Shown here piece after piece: positions 1 to 7,461 of a stretch of 64,000 nt of DNA. Origin of the DNA: Desulfovibrionales bacterium (GTDB lineage: Bacteria > Desulfobacterota > QYQD01); NCBI GenBank assembly GCA_028715605.1, contig JAQURM010000011.1, positions 2,840-66,839 on the forward strand, read 5' to 3'. A program made the translations under genes and the position numbers. The stretch's first letter is position 1; each line of letters starts with the position of its first letter. Under the pieces are notes generated by a model. That model saw only the letters and a program-made list of their open reading frames with translations, was not told where the DNA came from and ran no database searches.

Positions 1-909
1 ACAATGTTCACCGACAGATCTCCGAGGCTCAGGGTATGTAGTTCTTTTACCAGCATGGCCACCTGTCTTTCCATGTATTCCCGCTGCTCATCGGCCTCTT
101 TCTGCAGGCGTTTGACCTCGGTTATGTCTATGATGACCTCCATGCCGCCGTAGGGCTTGCCCTGTTCGTCAAACAGGGCGGAGCAGGCCGCCTGGATGGG
201 GATCTTTTTGCCGTCCCTGGCCTCGGCCACCGTCTCGCCGTTGATTACCTCGCCGGTGCGCATACAGTTCTTGATCGTACACTGGTTGGTGCCGCAGAAG
301 GGTGTCTTGGAGAACTGGGCGCAGGTCATCTTCCCCACCACCTCATCCCGGGCATAGCCCATGGCCTTGAGGGCCGCATCATTTATGGAGGTAATGACCA
401 GGTCCTTATCGGTTACAAACATGGGTGCGGCTACGGACTTAAGGATATTATCCGTCTCCCACTTGGCGCGGACCGCCTCAGACCGATCTATAATAACCTC
501 CATGCCGCCGTAGGGCTTACCCTGTTCGTCAAACAGGGCGGAGCAGGCCGCCTGGATGGGGATCTTTTTGCCGTCCCTGGCCTCGGCCACCGTCTCACCG
601 TTGATTACCTCACCGGTGCGCATACAGTTCTTGATCGTACACTGGTTGGTGCCGCAGAAGGGTGTCTTGGAGAACTGGGCGCAGGTCATCTTCCCCACCA
701 CCTCATCCCGGGCATAGCCCATGGCCTTGAGGGCCGCATCATTTATGGAGGTGATGACCAGGTCCTTATCGGTCACAAACATGGGTGCGGCTATCGAGGC
801 TACGATATTTTCGCATTGCCTGGCCCTGGCTTTGGCCTCGTTAAGTTCCCTTACCAGTGCATCATTGGTTCCGACCTTTTTAACCTTGCTCTTACTCTTG
901 GTAGGCATA
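1..909 (-). CDS. PAS-PAS sensory protein, probably a methyl-accepting chemotaxis protein. Only the N-terminal part is present and the 3' end runs off the left edge. The start region is ambiguous.
   Basis: The minus-strand frame is open from the stop at 987-989 to position 1. It encodes two PAS-like modules (..APMFVTDKDLVITSINDAALKAMGYARDEVVGK..) followed by ..EVKRLQKEADEQREYMERQVAMLVKELHTLSLGDLSVN, which looks like a signalling-protein linker. A strong SD plus ATG (AAGGAGGataaaggtATG, ATG at 909-907) is 1 nt out of frame with this ORF. The gene is absent from the ORF track because it has no stop inside the window. Confidence 0.7.
136..793. repeat. Tandem 360-bp direct duplication inside the PAS sensor gene (copy 1 at 136-433, copy 2 at 496-793)
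   Basis: I compared the two 298-nt blocks line by line. They differ at only 5 positions (159, 237, 252, 393, 414 against 519, 597, 612, 753, 774). All five are third-codon, synonymous positions of the minus-strand frame. Confidence 0.95.
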
Positions 910-1071
910 CCTTTATCCTCCTTGATTTTGGTGGCAGGCTTACACGCCTGCATCCCTTCTTTTGTCTTAGTTACGGCTGCATGAACTCATAACATAATAG
1001 GGGAAAATACTGAATTCTGGCTTCTATATATCTGAATTTAAGGTTGACAAACTCGCAACAAGTCCAAAATA

Positions 1072-1245
1072 TCACGCAAGGCCGCTAAGGACGCAAAAAG
1101 AATAAAATTTGGAACTCATAAACTCATGAAAAAATCTTTTATTACTGATTTTTCGCCTAGGCGAATCTGCCTGTGGCACGACCTTTGGCACGACTTGATT
1201 TCCAGATTTTCATTTTTCCTTCGCGGTCTTCGCGCCTTGGCGTGA
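1072..1245. repeat. Intergenic mosaic palindromic element ('word-repeat' family C)
   Basis: The outer arms tcacgcaaggccgctaaggacgcaaa (1072-) and ttcgcggtcttcgcgccttggcgtga (-1245) are imperfect reverse complements. Inner words are ggaactcataaactcatgaa and ttccagattttcattttt. Related words recur at 54661-54813 and 56312-56336. Confidence 0.6.
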
Positions 1246-1302
1246 GAAATTAACTTTTTATGAAGCCGTCAAGGTGGATAAGGTATAAATGACGGTCCTG
1301 AT

Positions 1303-1950
1303 TTAGATAAAAATCAGGCCTTCGCGGATGGCAAGCTTGACCAGTTCGGCTATGCTGTGGATTTTAAGTTTTTTCATGATCTGCTGGCGATGGGTCTCGA
1401 CCGTCTTTGTGCTCACGTGCAGGGCAGAGGCGATCTGCTTTGTGGATTTACCCTCTGCCATAAGCTGTGCTACCTCGCGCTCCCGGTTGGTCAGGGCCGA
1501 AAAAATCGAAAATTCCGCCTCTGACATCTTATGAAGATAGTCCTTGACCACGATATGGGCTATGGTGGGGGACAGGTAGGTCTGGTTGTTTGTTACGCAT
1601 CTAACGGCGCGGACCAGTTCGGCGAAGGTGCAGTCCTTTAACAAATAGCCCGAAGCGCCGGCCATTAGCATCCCCAGAACGAGCCGCCGGTCGGAATTGA
1701 TGGACAGGGCCAGTACCTTGACGTCCGGTGCCTCGTTCATGATCTGACGGGTGGCCTCGATGCCGTTCATATTAGGCATGGCTACATCCATAAGGATCAC
1801 GTCCGGCCGCAATTCCCGGGCCAAACGCACGGCTATCCTCCCGTCTTCTGCCTCGCCCAGTACCTTCATATCCGGCTGTTGTTCCAGCAGGGCACGAATA
1901 CCTTCGCGTACGATAGTATGGTCATCAACCAGGAGGATATTTATGTTCAA
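1303..1950 (-). CDS. NarL/FixJ (LuxR-type) response regulator, REC plus LuxR HTH
   Basis: 215 aa. The REC motifs are [21 protein letters not shown] and KVLALS. The C-terminal part [43 protein letters not shown] is a LuxR-type HTH. Confidence 0.92.
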   Translation of the reverse strand: MNINILLVDDHTIVREGIRALLEQQPDMKVLGEAEDGRIAVRLARELRPDVILMDVAMPNMNGIEATRQIMNEAPDVKVLALSINSDRRLVLGMLMAGASGYLLKDCTFAELVRAVRCVTNNQTYLSPTIAHIVVKDYLHKMSEAEFSIFSALTNREREVAQLMAEGKSTKQIASALHVSTKTVETHRQQIMKKLKIHSIAELVKLAIREGLIFI

Positions 1951-2111
1951 ACCCGTATACCACTTTCTTCCGAACGAAGCATAGACGTCCGTTTTTATCC
2001 TACAACTACGGCTAGATGCACCTATAAGATAATAGGTAAAAGTAATGAATAATGGCTTCTAATTAGCTGAATTTTCGATCAGCAAAAATATTAGATATAT
2101 GTAGGGCGGAT

Positions 2112-2683
2112 TCAGGCAGAAATCAGGCCTTCGCGGATGGCAAGTTTGACCAGTTCGGCGAAGGTGCAGTCCTTTAATAGATAACCCGAAGCCCCTGCCT
2201 TGAGGATATCGAGCACGAACCGCCGGTCCGAATATATTGACAAGGCCAGTACCTTGACGCCGGCAACCTGACGGGTGGCCTCGATGCCGTTCAGATTAGG
2301 CATGGCTACATCCAAGAGGATCACGTCCGGCCGCAGTTCCCGGGCCAGGCCGCCACACCGGATACACGCCAGAATACCATCTGCCTCCCATCGGCCCCGA
2401 TGACCTCCGTTTCATGGTCGTGAACTCTTCCATCCCCAAAACACCTTCGCGCCACGCACGGTTCACAGGGTTTATCATGCCCATGGTAGGCCCTGTAACA
2501 CTTCTTGCCGACCAGATCCGGCCCGAACAATTCCCTGGCGACATCGTTTGCCCATATAATATTGTGGTTTTCATCGATCATGCTCATGTGGTCTGTTATC
2601 GAGACAATAATCCCCGCCAATATCTCCTCACTCGTCCCTGATATCTTCTCCGCCCGACCGGGCTTGTCCTCCGCTGCCTCCAA
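2112..2683 (-). pseudogene. Chimeric remnant: a truncated PAS domain (2321-2683) joined out of frame to a deleted copy of the neighbouring response-regulator gene (2112-2340)
   Basis: 2112-2340 aligns with 1303-1830 of the intact regulator but lacks 273 bp (the whole HTH region) and a further 12 bp. The REC frame (..[27 protein letters not shown]..) is shifted relative to the upstream PAS ORF (..IIWANDVARELFG..CYRAYHGHDKPCEPC..), which stops at 2321. Confidence 0.65.
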
Positions 2684-2808
2684 TTCAGCAACTCTCTTGC
2701 GCAGTTGTGCCAGTTCATCTGTGAGTTGGTCCTTTGCCTTGCACCTTTCTCTCAGGATAAGCCTCCTAACATATTGCTATTGCTATGGCTATGGCAATTA
2801 AACAGATT

Positions 2809-2852
2809 AAATCCCCCCATCCCCCCTTTAGTAAAGGGGGGTGAGGGGATTT
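2809..2852. repeat. REP-like hairpin, family A (AAATCCCCCC..CCCC / GGGG..GGGGATTT)
   Basis: The sequence is aaatccccccatcccccctttagtaaaggggggtgaggggattt. Other members lie at about 6995-7030, 7092-7123, 8116-8161, 36763-36841 (double) and 45436-45479. Confidence 0.85.
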
Positions 2853-2918
2853 GCAAATTCATGTAGTTAAATGCCGTTTAATAGTAAGCCGAAACGCCGT
2901 TGAGCCGTCCGTAGCGGG

Positions 2919-4121
2919 TTAAGCACTGCGACCTTCCTTAATTTTACGGGAGAGTTGTCTTCCTATCTCAACTATCTTTTTATGATCCTCATCTGATGGA
3001 GGGCCATTTACCTCAAGGGTGTCGATTACCTCTATCTTTGTCGGCCCTAATACTTCCAGGGCCTGTCTGCGCGCTCCCCCGCCCCAGCCGTAAGAGCTAA
3101 GGATAACGCCGTATTTCAACGGCGGGCGCAATGCCTTTGCCAGATTTGCGGCGTGCGCAGCCACCGGATGCATTCCTCCCAGTACGGTCGGTGTCCCGAG
3201 TACAATGGCGCGCGCATCGACCAGGTCTCTGGCTATATCTCCGATATCCGAATTGACAACGTTATATAGGCTCACCTCAATACCCTCGGCTAAGAGCGTC
3301 TCCACTATGGTTTTTATCATGGCCTCGGTAGATTTCCACATACTGACATAAACTATGATCGCCTTTTCCCTCGTCTCTCCGGCCGTCCATTTACGGTAAA
3401 CCTCCAGGATCTTTTCCGGGTTTTTATAAACAGGGCCGTGGCTGGGGGCAATGACCTTGATCTCTAAATCCTGTATCTTTTCCAGGGCCTTTTGACCCAT
3501 CTTTCTGAAGGGCATCATGATCTCCCCGAAATATCTCTTGGCCAATGGCAGTATGTCTTCAACTTCGTTGTCATAGAGCCCAAAGGCGGTATGCGCCCCA
3601 AAAAAGTCGCAGGAGAAAAGAATCTTATCCTCGGCAAGATATGTAAACATGGTCTCCGGCCAGTGTAAAAAAGGCGCCTCGATAAATTTCAGGGTCTTGC
3701 CGCCGAGTTCAATCGCATCCCCGTCCTTAACCGCCTTTATCCTTTCTGCCGGCACGTTATAGTAAATCTGCGCCATTTTTGCGCCCTTCTCCGTGGTAAT
3801 AAGCCGCGCCCCTTTATATAACTCCGTCATGACAGGGATGGCGCCGGCATGATCCGGTTCGGCATGATTCATTATAATGTAATCTAACGGGGTTTCACCT
3901 GTTACCTGCGCCATCTTTTCTTCCAGCTCCCTCTCAAATCCGGGATTCACCGTGTCAATGAGCGCTGTCTTTTCTTTTCCTCGCACCAGATAAGCGTTGT
4001 ACGTTGTCCCCTGAGGAAGTGGAATCAGGGCGTCAAAGATTCTGCGGTTCCAGTCCCTTATTCCCACCCAGTATATACCTTCAGAGATTTCAGGTACGTT
4101 GTATGTTTTCATAGCCATCAC
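2919..4121 (-). CDS. fprA: Flavodiiron protein (rubredoxin:oxygen / NO oxidoreductase, class A; metallo-beta-lactamase fold plus flavodoxin domain)
   Basis: 400 aa. It has the di-iron motif NHAEPDHAG, and the C-terminal flavodoxin-like half is KAIIVYVSMWKSTE..LGTPTVLGG. Confidence 0.9.
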   Translation of the reverse strand: MMAMKTYNVPEISEGIYWVGIRDWNRRIFDALIPLPQGTTYNAYLVRGKEKTALIDTVNPGFERELEEKMAQVTGETPLDYIIMNHAEPDHAGAIPVMTELYKGARLITTEKGAKMAQIYYNVPAERIKAVKDGDAIELGGKTLKFIEAPFLHWPETMFTYLAEDKILFSCDFFGAHTAFGLYDNEVEDILPLAKRYFGEIMMPFRKMGQKALEKIQDLEIKVIAPSHGPVYKNPEKILEVYRKWTAGETREKAIIVYVSMWKSTEAMIKTIVETLLAEGIEVSLYNVVNSDIGDIARDLVDARAIVLGTPTVLGGMHPVAAHAANLAKALRPPLKYGVILSSYGWGGGARRQALEVLGPTKIEVIDTLEVNGPPSDEDHKKIVEIGRQLSRKIKEGRSA

Positions 4122-4136
4122 CTCATAGTCTCGTTA

Positions 4137-4412
4137 CGTAATGTCAAAACTTTTGCCACAGAGGTCACAGAGAACACAGAGATATCAATGGGTTACAGCC
4201 GGATTTGGTTCCCCCCTCCCTTGCCATCTCGAACGTTCTCGCTTGTCGCCTGAAATACCTCAGCTATAGCCTCGGATCACATACGATTCCGAAGATGCTT
4301 GGGAAACTGCTTCTTTCTTAACCGCACTGTCTTTTTCTTTTGATTTCTTTATGTTGCTCTGTGAACTCTGTGCGCTCTGTGGCTTATTTTCATAAAATTC
4401 TTGACATTACCT
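4137..4412. mobile_element. MITE-like element with about 45-nt imperfect terminal inverted repeats ('CACAGAG' family B)
   Basis: The left end is gtaatgtcaaaacttttGCCACAGAGGTCACAGAGAACACAGAG (core 4155-4181). The right end is CTCTGTGAACTCTGTGCGCTCTGTGGCttattttcataaaattcttgacattac (core 4357-4383). The cores match 23/27 as reverse complements. Related ends occur at 8019-8062 and 55581-55658. The element has no coding capacity. Confidence 0.55.
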
Positions 4413-4416
4413 CCCA

Positions 4417-5664
4417 TTATTTCTTACGGCTCCGGCAACATTTCCGGAACTCGTCAGCCATCTCCGTGATCTCTGTGAGGTCCCGCTGCATCTCACTCCA
4501 GCCGTACCAGAGTGCATAATCAGGATTGGCGTGGAATGTACCCTGGAATGTTCTCATCCGATGTTTTAGAAACATCACAAAGAGCTTCTGTTCGATGACC
4601 GTGGGGGCATCGTGGAAAGTCAGTAAGTCCGGGAAGACATAGGCATAGTTTTTCGGTTTGGGAAGGGTTCCGTCCTTGTATAAGGCAGCCACCGTGCGGA
4701 TGGCCTCGGCCAGGAGATGATCCGCCTCCTTGATCATCCGGTCGCCTTTCTCCATCTCCCTCCCGGCAAAATTGACAGAGTGGCACTGATTGCAGGTTTT
4801 GATCGTCTTGTCGCGCTCCTTCTGCCAATCTTCCGGCGTGAGCCTGGCCACATCTGCCGCCTTCACCACATCCAGCCGCGGTGTCGGTTTCCCCTCCGGG
4901 TCGAGCACTCCGAGCCCCTGAAGAATGGTGACCCGGTCGGCCGCCCACTCTTTGTCTTCGGGCAGCGGGAGCCTCACTGCCAGAAATCCCCAGGCGGTTC
5001 GGACCGCATGGTTGCCTTCCTGCATATGACAGGTCTGGCAGGTCGGCGCCGCGGTAGTCTCGGGAAGTGTCTTGTTCTGTTTTAATAAGTACCTGACCCC
5101 ATGCTTGGAAGACGAATACATCTCCCATTGAGGGTGATCAAAGCCCATGTGACAGGTCTGGCAGGCCTGAGGCTGTCTCGCTTCCTGAACCGAGAAGGTG
5201 TGACGGGTATGACATGCGTCACAGGAAGCCACGCCAAATCCGGCACCCTCCTTTCCCAAATCCTTTATCTCCTGTTCTGTCTTCAAACCGATCTTGTGAC
5301 ATCCGCCGCAACCCTTCAACCCTTCTGTCAGGGCCATGGGCTGCCAGTGAGCGGTGGGCATGGCCTTCATCGCCGCCCAGGCCATGGCGTGTTTCCCTTT
5401 TTTGAACTGCTGAACGCGGTCTTCATGGCAGTTACCGCAGGTCTCCGGAGTTGGGATCCGGGCCTTTGCGACATCCTGAGCCGATTTGTGTTGGCCGCCA
5501 TGACAGGCCGGGCAGTCGATGCCGTTCTCGCTATGCTTGCCGGCCTGCCAGTCAGAGACGATATGGGCCGTGACCTTCCGGTGGCAGTCCGCGCATTCCT
5601 GCGCTGAGGCGCCGAGAGAAAAGAGCAGGGCCACGAGTAACATTAGGCTAACTCTGTACACCAT
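4417..5664 (-). CDS. Secreted octahaem cytochrome c, hydroxylamine-oxidoreductase (HAO)-like family
   Basis: 415 aa. There is a Sec signal (MVYRVSLMLLVALLFSLGASAQE) and eight CxxCH motifs (CADCH, CPACH, CGNCH, CGGCH, CDACH, CQTCH, CQTCH, CNQCH). The stretch CHTRHTFSVQEARQPQACQTCHMGFDHPQWEMYSSSKHG resembles the conserved HAO-family core. GGAGGTG lies 6 nt upstream of the ATG. Confidence 0.85.
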   Translation of the reverse strand: MVYRVSLMLLVALLFSLGASAQECADCHRKVTAHIVSDWQAGKHSENGIDCPACHGGQHKSAQDVAKARIPTPETCGNCHEDRVQQFKKGKHAMAWAAMKAMPTAHWQPMALTEGLKGCGGCHKIGLKTEQEIKDLGKEGAGFGVASCDACHTRHTFSVQEARQPQACQTCHMGFDHPQWEMYSSSKHGVRYLLKQNKTLPETTAAPTCQTCHMQEGNHAVRTAWGFLAVRLPLPEDKEWAADRVTILQGLGVLDPEGKPTPRLDVVKAADVARLTPEDWQKERDKTIKTCNQCHSVNFAGREMEKGDRMIKEADHLLAEAIRTVAALYKDGTLPKPKNYAYVFPDLLTFHDAPTVIEQKLFVMFLKHRMRTFQGTFHANPDYALWYGWSEMQRDLTEITEMADEFRKCCRSRKK

Positions 5665-5699
5665 AATGCACCTCCATCATTTTGTCTTAAAAAATTTTT

Positions 5700-5942
5700 T
5701 TAAAGGCTCTCCGCCTCTACTGAATGCACCTTGTCTCCGGTCCGGCATTGCTCGGCGTAGGGACACCACCCGGCACAGCCCGGATCGAGACGGGGGTTCC
5801 TGAATCTGAGACCGCAGACAAGGCACTTGCGCGAACTGTCGTCCTTGAAAAATTCCACGGGCGTGCTGCACACGGGACAAGCTACCTCGAAGATATCTTC
5901 GGGCTTCCAGTACATGGTATCCTGGCCGGGGCATCTGGACAT
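5700..5942 (-). CDS. Small Cys-rich zinc-ribbon-like protein (80 aa), function unknown
   Basis: AAGGAGG lies 7 nt upstream of the ATG. The protein has CPVC..x17..CLVC pairs plus GCAGWCPYAEQC, 9 Cys in 80 aa. It lies 35 bp upstream of the cytochrome gene on the same strand. Confidence 0.65.
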   Translation of the reverse strand: MSRCPGQDTMYWKPEDIFEVACPVCSTPVEFFKDDSSRKCLVCGLRFRNPRLDPGCAGWCPYAEQCRTGDKVHSVEAESL

Positions 5943-5990
5943 AATTTGTCCTCCTTAAATAGTTCAGCCTAACGGTTATTCCATTTCCGT

Positions 5991-6128
5991 TTATTTTTGC
6001 GGCGCATGTTTTTTTAACCAGGCCAGCAACTTCATTTTCAATTTTGTGCCGGGGCACCCTTTCTGCCCCATCATTTTTCCCAAGGGACAGACCCGGCATG
6101 TTGAACCTTCTGATTTTTGCATGGTCAT
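5991..6128 (-). CDS. Unlisted small ORF, 45 aa (MTMQKSEGSTCRVCPLGKMMGQKGCPGTKLKMKLLAWLKKHAPQK)
   Basis: I translated it by hand from the reverse complement. AAGGAGGAGACAAG precedes the ATG at 6128 and the TAA is at 5993-5991. It contains CxxC plus a third Cys and has a basic C-terminus. It is below the size cut-off of the ORF track and is the first gene downstream of the FNR-type palindrome. Confidence 0.45.
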   Translation of the reverse strand: MTMQKSEGSTCRVCPLGKMMGQKGCPGTKLKMKLLAWLKKHAPQK

Positions 6129-6187
6129 CTTGTCTCCTCCTTATTTTTTCTTCACCTGTAATATAAGCACTAAGGAGACAAATAACC

Positions 6188-6201
6188 TTGACTTAAGTCA
6201 A
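6188..6201. promoter_or_regulatory. Perfect CRP/FNR-type palindrome TTGAC-N4-GTCAA
   Basis: TTGACTTAAGTCAA lies about 60 bp upstream of the small-ORF start (6128) and 6 bp downstream of the Crp/Fnr gene stop. It has the half-site geometry of FNR/CRP-family boxes. Confidence 0.5.
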
Positions 6202-6206
6202 AAGGC

Positions 6207-6896
6207 TTACATAGGGGTCAGGCCGGTCGATATATCCGCTAACGCCTGCCGATTGAGTATGCAAATGGTGTCCTGTTCTATCTCTATGATGCCTTGATCC
6301 TTCAATTTCCTGAAGCTCCTGGAAAGCGTTTCGCTTATGGTACCCAATCTTGAGGCCAGTTGGTTTTTACTTATCTCCAAAACAAACTTATCCCCTTTGT
6401 ATCTGTCTGCTGTGTTCAGCAGATAGGCAGCCAGTCTGGAGGAAACATTCATCAAAGAGAGTTCTTCTACCAACTTAGTGAAATACCTGAGCATCATGGC
6501 TAGATTAGCCATCATGTTCAGACTGAGTTGAGGCTGCTCCTGAATTAGCCGTAAAAATCTCTGTTTAGGGAAAAAAAGGAGATCCGTATCTGTTAAAGCC
6601 TCGGCTGAGGCCGGATAGGTAGTCCCGTGGAATAGGGCTACCTCGGCAAACATGTCACCCGTAGAGAAAAAATGGATGATCTGCTCCTTGCCCTCCGGAG
6701 ATGTTTTAAATATCCTTACCTTACCGGCCAGGATTACATAAAATCCCTTAGCCGCATCTCCTTCTGAAAAGATAAGCTCCCTTTTTGCATAACTTTGCCT
6801 GACATGTACGGAAGAAACCTGCCGCAAGTCTTCAGGGGCCAGCCCGGCGAAAAGTGGGCATCTATTTAGCGCGCCTTCTAATCCCAATCCACCCAT
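6207..6896 (-). CDS. Crp/Fnr-family transcriptional regulator (cNMP-binding-like sensor plus C-terminal HTH)
   Basis: 229 aa. The beta-barrel region is FSEGDAAKGFYVILAGKVRIFK and the HTH is LASRLGTISETLSRSFRKLKDQGII. Confidence 0.9.
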   Translation of the reverse strand: MGGLGLEGALNRCPLFAGLAPEDLRQVSSVHVRQSYAKRELIFSEGDAAKGFYVILAGKVRIFKTSPEGKEQIIHFFSTGDMFAEVALFHGTTYPASAEALTDTDLLFFPKQRFLRLIQEQPQLSLNMMANLAMMLRYFTKLVEELSLMNVSSRLAAYLLNTADRYKGDKFVLEISKNQLASRLGTISETLSRSFRKLKDQGIIEIEQDTICILNRQALADISTGLTPM

Positions 6897-7461
6897 GAAT
6901 TATCTCCTGACATAAGCTTGTCCTAAAGGACCACGTCGATTTTAACATGAAGGGTCTTCGCGTAATCAAGCGAGTAATTTTTTACTCTTCTCTATTCCCC
7001 CTCTTTGGAAAAGAGGGGTGGGGGAGATTTTATAAATCATAACTGTTTCAGGCTGTTATTATACGAAAGCATGGTTACTGCCAGGAATTTTCAAATCCCC
7101 CTCGCCCCCCTACTAAAGGAGGGATAATAAGAGGCACGCCTTATTTTAAAGGGAATTTACCCACACTCTTTCACGATGAACCTTATTAAATTTTCGCTAT
7201 ATACAATGATATTGTCAAATATTTTGTAAAAGCGGGCCGGTCAACAGATAAAATTCCATATCATTTTTGTACTTACTACTATTTCTGTGATAAAGTAAGC
7301 TATAATGAGATCGAAAGCAGTGTCAAGCAAATCCATATTACCTTCAGGCGAACTTCCCGCAAATGACAAGGGCCGGTGGGAGCTAACGTCTCCAACATGC
7401 AACTATTATTATGGCCGCAGGTTGGGCCGAAAACGGGCGGCTGAAAACAGTATGAGGATAT

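Noticed and set aside
157-984. Plus-strand ORFs 157..357 and 721..984
   Set aside because: They are mirror-strand artefacts of the duplicated PAS-coding sequence. The minus-strand frame carries the PAS motifs.
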